A stretch of DNA of 63,953 nt, counting the filler, from Barthelona sp. PAP020 (Eukaryota): the NCBI GenBank assembly GCA_040182905.1. It is 5 parts of 5 records of this genome, joined end to end, with 100 filler letters (N's around TTAATTAATTAA, not from the genome) between each part and the next. Parts side by side here need not be neighbours in the genome. Positions count along the whole stretch, not along the records: positions 13,657 to 27,177 come from JARQWU010000322.1; positions 27,278 to 40,743 come from JARQWU010000323.1; 3 more parts are not named here. One strand, written 5' to 3'. Under the pieces are notes generated by a model. That model did no database searches. It was not told the DNA's origin and saw only the letters and a list, made by a program, of their open reading frames with translations. Positions 20,758 to 32,100 of this stretch are shown in pieces. A program made the translations under genes and the position numbers. Positions within the stretch are counted from its first letter, which is position 1; the number at the start of each line of letters is the position of its first letter.

Positions 20758-23700
20758 ATGAGCTTTTCTTCGTTTACATCTGATGTCAAATCATATTTAA
20801 ACACTTTTCAATCTTCAAAAGATTGGGCTGATTTGGTGAAATCTTGTGATAAGTTGTCTAGTACATTGACACATCGAAAGTTTCAACAACACATTGAAAT
20901 ACCATTAATATTCGATGTAGCCAAATCTCTATCGCATTGTTTATATTCAGAATTTCCAAGTGGATTACACAAGGAAGTGTTAAAATGTTTAAAGTTAATT
21001 CATGAAAGGATTGGTTCAAGTGGTGTTCAAGTGAATCAAATATATTTATCTTTGGGAATGTTGTCATTATTTCCTCAAGCTACAATGAATATAAGGGAAT
21101 TAATTATGGATATCGTTTTTGATTTTTATGTTCCATTGAGAAGTAACATAGCACCTATTGTTGTTCCTTTAATTGCTGCATTATTACCTGGTATTGAAGA
21201 TGAGACTGCTGAATGTTATTCACGTTGTTTAAATCTTTTGGATGCTTTGAGATCTTCAGCTGGAGATGACCTTATAATTTCTGCTGTTTGGAGGTCTTTA
21301 GCTTCCATTTCTACAACTAGATTATCAGCTGTTATTTATCTCGTACATTGTGCAAAAGAAAGACCTTTAACTGAGTTTAATGTAGCTCCTACATTAGTTG
21401 CAGAAGGTTTAGTTAACGGTTTAGCCACCCAAAACACTTATGTTGTTAGAGAAGTGCTTGATCTTATGATCAACTACTTCCCCATTGTGACCCCACATAT
21501 GGCTGCTATACACAAACGACGAATGTTGACAAACGTCTTGAATATTTTGCCGTTACATGATCTCTCATTAACAAGACGTGTTTGGACCTATTTACTGGAT
21601 AGTTCCCAAAATCTGAAGGTGGATGAGCAGGCAGAATTCTTTAAGACCCAAGTTTTCGAGTTATGTTTGTTGTCATTAGATGATTTGTTTCAATTCAGTT
21701 GTTCCACGATTGGATTGCCAGATATCTCCGACCAAAAATACGTTGGTGAATTGAAGAACAGATTGATGTATCCTTTGCATGTATTTCGTGCATTTTTGCA
21801 GAAACCGCCACTTGATCTTATTTTGCTACCATATCTGATTGGCAGAGTTTTGAAATTTGCTAAATTCATTCGAATTGAAGGAACCGCCAAACGCATTCCA
21901 AAGGACGTTGTTAAACTGGCATTAAATAATATCAGGCGTTCATTGCAGGCCATTAAACCAGATTTGTTTTGGGAATTGATCACTAGTGAGTTCAACGTTC
22001 TATTTTCCTCAGGTAAAATACAAGAGTTGATCGATTACACGATTATCTTGAGAGAACATGTCTACATGTTGAATTTGTATGAATACGTTGAATCATTAGA
22101 AGGAAATACTGTTAGTCTGAATGGATTCGTGATGTTTTTGACCAAAATCTTGAGTATTTGCTCAGAATATCTCTCATCAGAAGAGTATCGACAGAAGATT
22201 ATTGTTGAATGTTCTGCTTTACTATTTTCATTGTTTGAAGTGTTAGTTCCTCAATCCAATGAATTAATGAGATTTGCTAATCGATTTGATGAGGATCGTG
22301 AGTTAGATAAGCAAAAAATTGATCAGTTCTTTGGATCACCCATTTTTTTGACATACAATTTAGACAGTGTTGAAACGTTCAATGAAGAAGTTCAAAAACC
22401 CATTGAAAGCGTGTTGTGTCAGTATAAAGATCCTAATATTGTCATGTTGACTCCTGCTGAGTCAATTTTCAAGACAATTAAAACGATAGCTGAAGAAGTT
22501 TTGCGATTTGCAAATATTGTCTTCAAATCCATATTTGAATTGTTGGATGAGCACATCCTTCCAAACTCATCAAAAAAGTATTGGGATCCCTTGGAAGATC
22601 CTGCTCCTTTGCTAATGTTAAGGGCTGTTTCTCAGAGTTACAGATTTGTTTCGGTGAAATCGGCATATCTTTTATTGTTTTACAATCCAAAACGATTAGT
22701 TTATGTTGAAGAAACCCCTGAATTGATTCATTGTTTGACTGAAATAGGTTATAGGTGCACAGATCCTTCTATTTCTTTACATTGTATGAATGAAGTCTTG
22801 CTCATAGCATCCAATGTTCAAAACATTGGATTACCTCTGTGTTGTTATGAAGCTGTTCACAGTAGGAATAATTTTTCAGCATCACAAGAGTTTCTTCATT
22901 GCATATGGGATTTATTGACTCCTCAATTCATGCAACATCATACTGCTGCTGCTTTAATTGGGTTGGGGTTATCTTGTTTACATCGTTCCCAAGCCAGTAA
23001 ACTGTTTGCTGGGTATTTAGCGGATGGCGCTGAAAACAATACTACAGATGCTTTACAAAGGTATACCACCCTTTGGTCTGTTGCAGCTTCTCGTAGTGAT
23101 TTTATTTCCGCACCTCCGTTTATCGGAAAACAGTTGTTTATTGCATTAGAAATGTTGGATTCTAACAATCCTCAATTGAAGCAATTAGCACAAATGTGGA
23201 TCCTCAACAACTTTCCTTATTTTGACAAGTTAATTTATCCAGTTTTGCTTGAATTGATGGACTCCCAATCCATTACTGTTGATGGATATTTTATATCCAA
23301 ATTTGAAACCAAGAAAGTAGCTCTGATATTTAGAATTTTGAAGGCAATTGTTGAAGTTGATACAGTAGCATTGTGTCAAGTTCTTTTGCCCAATCATAAT
23401 GAACGATTATCACAAGGATTAGCTTTATTCAATGCTTCTACGACAAATCTGAACAATCTTGCTGGAAATGACGGAATTATATCTCACACTCATTCTCCTG
23501 GATTAGCAGATTCTGTGATTGTTTTTGATGAATCGTTGAAAAACAAATATTTCACCTTGAAAGAAAAGGAATCTGAAGAGAATATTGGTTTTACTCCTGA
23601 AGCAATCATTCCATCCGATTATTTACGTTTGATTGTTTGTTTAGCCATGCATTACATTGAAGGAAAAGCTCCTTTAGATGCTGAAGATGATGATGCTTTT

Positions 23701-26700
23701 ATGCGAGGATTTGAAGAAACCAAACAAACAGCTCTAGAAGTGTTAAAATCTCTATGTCATTTAATGCCTGAAAGATTCATTATCAACGAGATTTTATGTC
23801 AGATTCGAGCTCATGTATTGTTATTGCTATTCAGGAGCATTGAAAAACACAATTTTGTGTTACAAACCCAATGCTTAAGTCTTTACGATGTTCTATTGCG
23901 CAGGACGTTTATTGCTGGATACAGTATTGATTCGGAGATGGAAAAAGAAGAAACGAGTGAAATTTCCTTTTTAGTGAAAACTCTGTTGAACGGAATCGAC
24001 ATAGCCGCAAATGAATCTTTGATTGCAACACTTGGCCCTTTTCTTCAAACAGTTGATGGTATTTTGACAAAAGTAACTGATGGGTTGCCCTTGTTTGCAA
24101 GAGAAATATCCAAAGTGCTGGTAAAACATGTGATGAGAATCCATGACGATCTAGACTCTATTCTAATCAGTGAACAGATGGTCATGTTGTTGGAATCCTT
24201 GCGAAAGATTTACCACCATGTATTTATTCTATCACAAAGAGATGAAGAAAAAGCTAGACAAGCTTATGAATCAAATGCTCGTCGTAAACAAGGGGACTTA
24301 TCTTTAGTTGAGACCATTTTCGCACCAATTACATATGTTGCCAGTATGTTTGCAGATATTTTTACTCAACAGACGACAATGGATGGGTATGTTCCTCCTC
24401 CAGCTGTAGGTGCTCGAAATGAGCTATTACACATGATTGTGCCATTATTTTCAACTATTGTGGATGCCAACAATTTTATCAATAAAAAATTGAATTTAGT
24501 TGCAGTCTCTTCCCAATTTACGCATTCTACGTATGATACATTGTTAAGAACTATTCGACTCATGGTTCAATCCTTCGTTCAAAGACCTGTCATTCTTGTC
24601 AGATGTTTATTGGAGTTATGGATATTGTATCCAAGTAAAACGAAGCAGGGTTTTTATCCAAAGCCCAGAGAGTTTGATTTCAGATCAATTGAACAGTTTC
24701 AAGTCATATTGGAGTACAACAAACAATTTTTGGAACCTTTATCGTCAAAACAAAAAGGTATTCTGGAACTAATCTTTTGGAATTTTGATATCGAAATAGA
24801 GATCATAGAAGCTATCACATCTGTTCTTGCACAGTTACCTTTATTACCATTTACCGATTGTATTACTCATGAAACTGCTTTATTACACTTTACTGCACAC
24901 TATATCCATTATTTAGAAGCAAACAGAACATTGAACAACAAGAAATTAAGTGAAGCTATGCTAAAGCTATTTGAAACCTTCTTTTCATTTTCCAGATCAA
25001 CTTCAGCCTTTATCATTGCTTTTGAGTTATTCTGTGAATACTGTTATGTATGCTTCCCTCTGTCTCAACTTGAATTGGAACGTGTATTTAATCAAGGCGG
25101 ATTAGAAACAGATGATGAATATGTTCAGTCAGATGATGATGACAGCAAGTCCAATTTATTTGATGAACACAGTCAGTCAGCGAGTGATTTCAATTCCATC
25201 TTGGGCAAAGGTAGTGTCTTAACGTTCTATGACCGTAAGATGTGGTTCAACTTCATTCAAAAGCTTCCTCCTATTTTGGTTGTTATCATTGAGGGAAATA
25301 AACCATGGTGGAGACATGAAGGACACATGTTGTCCAAACAAATTCCCCCCGAAGATGCCAATGTTCGTGACATCATGAAACCTTTCGTCAAAACTGAGTT
25401 GGATCAAAGAAAGACCCATATTGATGAAGACTATCTCTTTTCCAGCTCACACTTGAAAGACTTTTCAGATAAAATTTGCTTTGTTTTGGCTAGACGTATT
25501 CCACCATTATTGTTACATACTTCTTTGGTTCCTTTCAATAAACAGCCTGGATTTTTAAAGCCTTTAGTTGATGTTGCTCTAAGCATGGCCAGAAAGAATC
25601 GTGTTGCCTCAACTGTTTTCCTATCCTCATTAACTGTAGGACCAAGTCAATGGTCTAAGCTGTACAAATCCTATTGCTTTAATCAATTCACTGAAGGTTC
25701 ATTTTTTGATAAATCCAGCAGTGGATTAAAGGCGTGGAGTAAGTTAGTCCATAGATTCAGTTCAGTTAGTGTGTCAGAAGATGGGTATGAACGAAAAGAT
25801 TATTTGAGTGAAATTATTCCTAACTTATACACTATTGGTGGTTTATTTGGAAGTTTTTCCACCAAATTCTCTTCAGTTGCTGATAATACGTTAAAAACAG
25901 GAGAATTACAGCGTATCGGGTTCATATTGTTGAGCAGTCCACAGGATTTCTTTGTTGAGTCCTTGCCTTTGATCTTTGACAAATTAAACAATGGATTTAA
26001 ATCTAAGTCTCCTTCAGTTTTAGCAGCGTTGTTTCTATGTTTAAGATGTTTCTTTTTATCATTTTCACCTAAATATTTAGCCGCTTTTTGGGCGAGAATC
26101 TTCTCTGAAACTCTTCATTTATTGGAAGAAATCTCTGAAAATGTTGGTCATTCTTCATCCAACAACCCATTGATACTTGTGTCTCTATTGAAGTTTATCG
26201 ACTTGTTATTAACTTTAGATATACCTGAATTCTCCTCATTTGATACCCTATTGGCCTCAGATCCTTTATTACAAATGGAAAATGTTGCAGCCAAAGCATT
26301 TTTAGATCAGATATGTTCAAAAAGAAATTGGGTTATTTGTCGTATGTTCAAGGTCGATTTTGCTTTAATGTCATCTCCAGTCATAAAAACTTCCTTGAGT
26401 GAGATTGTTGAATCACCCAATGAACATATTCAGACCTTTTTGCAAAATATTGGTGTTCATAATTATATTGCACAGAGTACCACAATTACCTACGATTTTG
26501 AAATCCTATTAAAGAGTACCAATGATGATTTCTTAATTAATCTTTCTTTATATGACGATTCTATCAAAAAAGAGAATTTTGTGCATCAAAATGACACCTC
26601 AGTATGTCAAGAAGTCTCTTTATTACAGTTGGATTGGCATCTTGAAGAATTCATTGAAGATCTTGAATTGATCAGAACCCCCAGTAAAGTAGTTCCTCGT

Positions 26701-26703
26701 TAA
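20758..26703 (+). CDS. DOP1: Dopey/DOP1 family trafficking protein (1981 aa)
   Basis: Dopey_N motifs DWADL, LSHCL...PSGLH, LLPGIEDE, HDLSLTRRVWTYL; C-terminal LFLCLRCFFL...LAAFWARIFSE. Confidence 0.9.
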   Translation: MSFSSFTSDVKSYLNTFQSSKDWADLVKSCDKLSSTLTHRKFQQHIEIPLIFDVAKSLSHCLYSEFPSGLHKEVLKCLKLIHERIGSSGVQVNQIYLSLGMLSLFPQATMNIRELIMDIVFDFYVPLRSNIAPIVVPLIAALLPGIEDETAECYSRCLNLLDALRSSAGDDLIISAVWRSLASISTTRLSAVIYLVHCAKERPLTEFNVAPTLVAEGLVNGLATQNTYVVREVLDLMINYFPIVTPHMAAIHKRRMLTNVLNILPLHDLSLTRRVWTYLLDSSQNLKVDEQAEFFKTQVFELCLLSLDDLFQFSCSTIGLPDISDQKYVGELKNRLMYPLHVFRAFLQKPPLDLILLPYLIGRVLKFAKFIRIEGTAKRIPKDVVKLALNNIRRSLQAIKPDLFWELITSEFNVLFSSGKIQELIDYTIILREHVYMLNLYEYVESLEGNTVSLNGFVMFLTKILSICSEYLSSEEYRQKIIVECSALLFSLFEVLVPQSNELMRFANRFDEDRELDKQKIDQFFGSPIFLTYNLDSVETFNEEVQKPIESVLCQYKDPNIVMLTPAESIFKTIKTIAEEVLRFANIVFKSIFELLDEHILPNSSKKYWDPLEDPAPLLMLRAVSQSYRFVSVKSAYLLLFYNPKRLVYVEETPELIHCLTEIGYRCTDPSISLHCMNEVLLIASNVQNIGLPLCCYEAVHSRNNFSASQEFLHCIWDLLTPQFMQHHTAAALIGLGLSCLHRSQASKLFAGYLADGAENNTTDALQRYTTLWSVAASRSDFISAPPFIGKQLFIALEMLDSNNPQLKQLAQMWILNNFPYFDKLIYPVLLELMDSQSITVDGYFISKFETKKVALIFRILKAIVEVDTVALCQVLLPNHNERLSQGLALFNASTTNLNNLAGNDGIISHTHSPGLADSVIVFDESLKNKYFTLKEKESEENIGFTPEAIIPSDYLRLIVCLAMHYIEGKAPLDAEDDDAFMRGFEETKQTALEVLKSLCHLMPERFIINEILCQIRAHVLLLLFRSIEKHNFVLQTQCLSLYDVLLRRTFIAGYSIDSEMEKEETSEISFLVKTLLNGIDIAANESLIATLGPFLQTVDGILTKVTDGLPLFAREISKVLVKHVMRIHDDLDSILISEQMVMLLESLRKIYHHVFILSQRDEEKARQAYESNARRKQGDLSLVETIFAPITYVASMFADIFTQQTTMDGYVPPPAVGARNELLHMIVPLFSTIVDANNFINKKLNLVAVSSQFTHSTYDTLLRTIRLMVQSFVQRPVILVRCLLELWILYPSKTKQGFYPKPREFDFRSIEQFQVILEYNKQFLEPLSSKQKGILELIFWNFDIEIEIIEAITSVLAQLPLLPFTDCITHETALLHFTAHYIHYLEANRTLNNKKLSEAMLKLFETFFSFSRSTSAFIIAFELFCEYCYVCFPLSQLELERVFNQGGLETDDEYVQSDDDDSKSNLFDEHSQSASDFNSILGKGSVLTFYDRKMWFNFIQKLPPILVVIIEGNKPWWRHEGHMLSKQIPPEDANVRDIMKPFVKTELDQRKTHIDEDYLFSSSHLKDFSDKICFVLARRIPPLLLHTSLVPFNKQPGFLKPLVDVALSMARKNRVASTVFLSSLTVGPSQWSKLYKSYCFNQFTEGSFFDKSSSGLKAWSKLVHRFSSVSVSEDGYERKDYLSEIIPNLYTIGGLFGSFSTKFSSVADNTLKTGELQRIGFILLSSPQDFFVESLPLIFDKLNNGFKSKSPSVLAALFLCLRCFFLSFSPKYLAAFWARIFSETLHLLEEISENVGHSSSNNPLILVSLLKFIDLLLTLDIPEFSSFDTLLASDPLLQMENVAAKAFLDQICSKRNWVICRMFKVDFALMSSPVIKTSLSEIVESPNEHIQTFLQNIGVHNYIAQSTTITYDFEILLKSTNDDFLINLSLYDDSIKKENFVHQNDTSVCQEVSLLQLDWHLEEFIEDLELIRTPSKVVPR

Positions 26704-27177
26704 TTTGTAATTAGTTTGATTTGTGATTTGTGATAAGTGATATGTTGATATGACCTAATAAGATATTTTTAATGGTTTATCATTTTGCTATTTTGTAAAT
26801 ATTCTTACATTCTTTTTTACTTGTATTTAGAAGACAGACAAGAAGTTTCTGTTGTAAAACAGCATAATTCACAATAAAAAGAAGAAGCAATAGTAGCAAA
26901 GCTGAAGAATTTCAAGTAAAAGACAATATAAATGTGTTTAAGGTTTCTTCTTGCAATTTCTGATATTAATGGGTATCAAAATTGAAAGTGAAATAACAAC
27001 AAAGAATCAAATGATTCAGGGTAATAAGGATGCAAGTGTGCATAGTAGGTTAGCAAGGAATTACAAGGGATCATCAAGGAAACCCAGAGAAGAACAATCA
27101 AAATTTATTGGCAAGAAGGGAAAAGATTATTAAACTTTTATTTAGATAATCGCCCCATCCACACCTAAAGTATTTCT

Positions 27178-27277
27178 NNNNNNNNNNNNNNNNNNNNNNN
27201 NNNNNNNNNNNNNNNNNNNNNTTAATTAATTAANNNNNNNNNNNNNNNNNNNNNNNNNNNNNNNNNNNNNNNNNNNN
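27178..27277. other. Artificial contig linker N44-TTAATTAATTAA-N44
   Basis: Same block as the other joins. Confidence 0.97.
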
Positions 27278-27780
27278 TAATTGGTTTCAACAGCACGAAT
27301 CTTAGCATCCTTGTTGTTAACATGAATATTTAATTTCTTTGCGGCATTGATGATTTTGATGCGCTTTTCGGCACCAACCTTACCAGCAATAATAGCACAG
27401 TAAGTACGGTTATGCATAGCAAGAGGGTTTAATTCTTCAACATTGTTGACAATAACAGGGAAAAAACCGTTGGGAAGCATACCACGAGTCTTTTGGTTAG
27501 AACCATAACCAATACTGACTTCAGGGCGTCTACCACGGAAACGACGACGAGTAGAGGAATCAATACCACGAGGTTTTCTCCAAGAAGCCTAAATATTAGA
27601 ATTTGAAAAACAATTGAAAATTGAAAATAATAAATGAGGGAATGTAATAAATTACACCCTAATATATTAAATGAGATAACACAAACATACATCAACACGA
27701 TTAAAACGATCTGATTGGTGACGAACAAACTTGGCAGTTCTTTTTTTAATAATCGATCTACGAACTAAAGGCTTGACCAT
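27278..27780 (-). CDS. RPL32: 60S ribosomal protein eL32; exons 27780-27691 and 27588-27278 (stop codon clipped by the linker)
   Basis: Spliced [49 protein letters not shown]...IGYGSNQKTRGMLPNGF...MHNRTYCAIIA. Confidence 0.95.
27589..27690 (-). other. 102-nt spliceosomal intron in RPL32 (GTATGT...TCTAATATTTAG)
   Basis: GT-AG ends. Removal joins FNRVD to ASWRKPRG exactly as in eL32. Confidence 0.92.
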
Positions 27781-27817
27781 CTATATGTTAGATATGATAA
27801 AAAAATATGTGAGGTAC
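27781..27817 (-). other. Probable 37-nt 5'-UTR intron abutting the RPL32 start codon (GTACCT...TCTAACATATAG|ATG)
   Basis: Same length, GTA donor and CTAAC + 6 nt acceptor as the coding-region introns. No frame test is possible in a UTR. Confidence 0.65.
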
Positions 27818-27916
27818 TTGCAAAACGAATAGAGTGTGAAAAATGAAGGAAAATGTTTTGCAAAAAGTTGAAATTTTTTTTTGACTTTCTTTATCAAACC
27901 AATATTCCAGCATTCT

Positions 27917-28930
27917 ATGTCTGATCATCGATTTTATGAACCTCTTTTGCAGTTTCTACGGGATTTAGGAACTGATGAAAATGAGGATGGATCCACAATT
28001 ACCATTTTTTGTCATGATATTAAAAAAGAACTTGATGATGAATTTCTTGGTTATAAAGAATATATTAAAGCAATATATGATGTAATTGAGCAAGGAAATA
28101 TTCATACTCCTTATCATTTGAGTTTAATGGCTCTTTTATGGTGTTATATTCCTATTAATGATGAATTTATATTGGAAGCATTTGGTAGAATATTAAAATA
28201 TATTGAAAAGCAAAATATGAAGCAGTTATTGTTTTCTTCAAATGTTGATGCTTTTGAATTTTCCCAATATTTTCAATCTCGCATTAAAAATTCATCCATT
28301 TTATCCAATATTTCTTCTTTAACGTTTAATGCTCTTGAATTTGTAACTGAAAAGAATTGTGTTGAAGAAAATGTTGAATATTTCAAAAATTTGTGTGAAT
28401 TTGTGGTACAGTTGCCTTTTTTTATTGATTATTCCTTCTTTTCCCCCCATATATTTAGTTATTCGTATCTTTCGAATGATTATGCAAAATTGATTTTGGG
28501 TATTGCTGAAGGAGATTTGGAAATGGTTGAAAAGATGGGAAGTGTCATGTATCCTTCTCATCTTGAAAACATTATGAAGAACTGTCGTTTGTATTCATTA
28601 TTGAAATTCTTTGATTTTAATGATGAAAATGGTGATTCATTATCTTTCACCACTTTACAGCAAATTTCAAGCTTATGGAAGTTGAACGAAGATGATGCTG
28701 AAGATTTGTTGATTGAAATGAATTCTTCTGGTATTGTCACTTTAAGAATAGAGCACACTCAAGACGAAGCACAAACAAACGTTGATTTGATTAGCATCAG
28801 AGTTGGTGGTATTATTGATCTTACTCAAGATGAAGCTTGGGCTAAGTTATCCTCCTTAATAGACAGATTAGCCGATAGATCAGGAGATATGGTTGAAGCT
28901 TTGAATCGTTTTGGTGACCATTTTGCTTGA
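27917..28930 (+). CDS. PCI-domain protein, eIF3m-like
   Basis: IMKNCRLYSLL resembles NMAKMRLLTFM, LNEDDAEDLLIE resembles IGADDVEAFVID, and AWAKLSSLIDRL resembles QWQQLYDTLNAW. Confidence 0.55.
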   Translation: MSDHRFYEPLLQFLRDLGTDENEDGSTITIFCHDIKKELDDEFLGYKEYIKAIYDVIEQGNIHTPYHLSLMALLWCYIPINDEFILEAFGRILKYIEKQNMKQLLFSSNVDAFEFSQYFQSRIKNSSILSNISSLTFNALEFVTEKNCVEENVEYFKNLCEFVVQLPFFIDYSFFSPHIFSYSYLSNDYAKLILGIAEGDLEMVEKMGSVMYPSHLENIMKNCRLYSLLKFFDFNDENGDSLSFTTLQQISSLWKLNEDDAEDLLIEMNSSGIVTLRIEHTQDEAQTNVDLISIRVGGIIDLTQDEAWAKLSSLIDRLADRSGDMVEALNRFGDHFA

Positions 28931-29102
28931 TTTTTTTTGTTCAAAATAATTGATAAGAAAAATGGAAATAATTGTTAAAAATGGCTGTTTATGCTTTTAA
29001 TAAATAATTCGGTTTTATTGTTGTTGTTTATGTTCAATGAGATTTTCTTGATTAAAAGATTTTTTTTATTGAAAGAGAAATTTTTTTTTTTCTTCGCTTT
29101 TC

Positions 29103-32100
29103 ATGGATCAAAACGTTATTAGCTATTTAAAAAGTGAATATAATTCAAAATTTTCTACTATTTTACATTCTATTGACATTAAAACTGAACATAAGAAGAA
29201 TATTAATGATATTGCTGAATCTTCAAAAAATATTTGGGTTACAGCCTCAGAAGACACAAAAATTTGTGTTTGGAATGAAGATGGTGGATTGATTAGAATT
29301 CTAGAGGATCATTCTTCTTCTGTTTTTTGTGTTTCGTTTTCTTTTGATGGAACTTTTTTAGTTTCTTGTTCAAAAGATCTTTTAATTGTTTACAATACCA
29401 ATGATTGGAATATATATTTTAAACTTGAAGATAATATTGGTCAAATCAGAGATGTAATATTTATCACTGAAAATGTTATTGGATATATAAATGAAAATGG
29501 AGAACTAGTTAAGATTAATATTGAAACAAACATCAAAGAAATTGATTCCAATTATTCTAATCTCTGGAAAATATATGTGTCACCAAAGAATACTTATCTG
29601 TGTTTATTGAATGATTCTAAGGTTATCGTTAAATCTTTAGTAGGTGAAGAGGTTTTTTTTGAATTAATGGGTCACATTCAAAATGTCAGTGCTTTGTCAA
29701 TAAACGCTGATGAGACCTTGATGTTGACTGGTTCTGTTGATGAAACTGTTAAACTTTGGGATTTGCATAATGGAGAATGTTTGTATACTTCACCTTGTTT
29801 TGGTAGTTGTATTATGGGATTAGATTTTTTAATGGATGAAATTTGCATGTGTAGTACTTTGTATGGTGAGATCAAACGTTGGAATTATAAGAGTAAAACT
29901 GAGGAACATATTGAGACGATCAATGTTGCTTCTGGAAACATCTTCAAACATATGATGTCTTTGGATGAAAAAAGACTTTACATTATTGGCTATACGACAC
30001 CAGCAATCATTGAAATTTTTTCCAACACTTACACTGCTCAATATTTCAAAGATTTAGTTTCCAACAATTTCAATGATTTTGTGCCATTATTTATTGAATC
30101 ATCTCATCAAAATGGTGGAATTATCAATGGGTTAATTGAAAAAAAACTGTATACTTTTGCTGATGAATCTATTTTGAATTTGTTCTATAAAGGTATATTC
30201 ATTAACAAAAATGAGTTTGATTTGATTTTGCAAGCTGGTGTCGATGTTTTTTGCAATGAAGAAGTTGGAGAGTTTTATCGTTTCAAGTTATTAAAACAGG
30301 CTCAAGAAATGTCTGAAAATATGGAAGCTTTAAAGTTCAAATCTGAGGAATCAGAAACTCGTGTATGTGGTTTGGAGGAAGAATTAGCAAAGAAAGTTAC
30401 TGAATCTGAGACTTTGAAGTTCAAATTTGAGGAATCAGAAACTCGTGTATGTGGTTTAGAGGAAGAATTGGCAAAAAAGATTTGTCAAGAAACCGAGGAT
30501 CTTGTTGTTGATGTTCAAGAACAAGAACAAGAACAAGAAACTATTATTGAAAATTTTGAACAATTGGAAGAAGTTGAAGAACAAGAACAAGAAACTATTG
30601 TTGAAAATGTTGAACAATTAGAAGAAGTTGAAGAAAATGATCTTGTTGTTATTGCTCAAGAAGAACAAGAACAAGAGCAAGAACAAGAGACTATTGTTGA
30701 GGATGTTGAACATTTTATAGAAGTTGCAGACTATGATCTTGTTGTTGGTTCTCAAGAAGAAGAAGAAGAAGAAGAAGAACTTGATCACCATCAACTACTG
30801 GAAGAAAATGCAAGACATAGATATGAGACGTTTACTGGAGATTATGAAGAAGAAGATAATGAAGATGAGTGTTTTCATGAAAACGAATCTTATTCTTCTT
30901 ATTCTATCCCTAAAGAATCAATAAAAAAAAAATATGAAAAGTTTATACCCAAAACAAGAGCATTTGGATGCTATTCAGAAAATAATAAAGCAAAATATAG
31001 TTGTTTAGATTGTGACTTCCATTCACCTATCTTATCAAATACAGGGAAATACATTAAAACTGCAGATAAGAGACAATTTTATTGGGATACAAAAACCTTA
31101 AACATTAAAGGTTCATCAACTGGAAGGGTAGAATTCTCAGATGATGATGTGTATACTTACCAAAGTAGTATTTATAATGGTGTAACAGTTTATGAAGTTG
31201 AAAGTGGAAAAGAAGTGGTAAATATCTCTTTTCATACTGAAGAGTTTGATTTCATCACGGATAAGATGAAAATGGATTGTTTGAAGATTTACTTATTTGG
31301 AAAGAACATTATTATCTGTTTTAAGGACTCTAAACAAGCAATTGTTATTAATTTTACTGATGTTGATAATTTGATAATTGAAAATATTGCTGAATTTTTC
31401 ATTAAGCCTTTTACCTTTTTAAAAACTAACTTGATAAGTGATTATACCAACAATTTGTTTTATCAAGTTGATGATGAGACAATTGTTGTATACGATTATT
31501 CAATCAAAAAGAAATTATGTACAACCAAAATAGAAGAAGTCCAAACTGAGTTTAAAGATTGTACTAAGAGATGGATTTGTTTGGAAAATAGATTGATTTT
31601 GAAGACAAAACATTTTATTCGCATATATTCTTTTGATTATATTTCTTCCAATTTGAAGATTGAGAATACACACGAATTTGATACAGATAAAGTTTCCATT
31701 CATGAATTTAGATCCATGTATCCTATGAAATTAATTTGCCCAAATCTTTTCGGATTCTTCAGTAAATCGATGGACTTGTTATATATCTTTGATATTCATC
31801 AGAATTCAATTATAAAAACATATGAAAGCAAAATTTGGGGAGGTGCTAACATTCAGCATTTGTTCTTTATTGATGATACCAATATTTTAGTTCAAACTGA
31901 ATTTAACCAAATGAATTCCCCCATAAACACTTTCGTTTTTGAAATTGATTATGTTCATTCACCATCTGCTTCATCCTCCATATTGACCCAATTGAAAACA
32001 AACATTCAACAACAAAATGTTCAAATTGTTGAAGAATTGCTAGCTAACATCGATAAACCTTTTTTAGATCAGATTATGTTAGTTCATACTGCAATTCAAA

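Noticed and set aside
26951..27177. 60-aa + strand ORF and a short minus-strand tail (RNTLGVDGAII*) at the contig end
   Set aside because: The + ORF starts at TTG and has no motif. The minus fragment is too short to assign.
30328..30779. Direct repeats as a CRISPR-like array
   Set aside because: They are in-frame coding repeats without unique spacers, in a eukaryotic gene.
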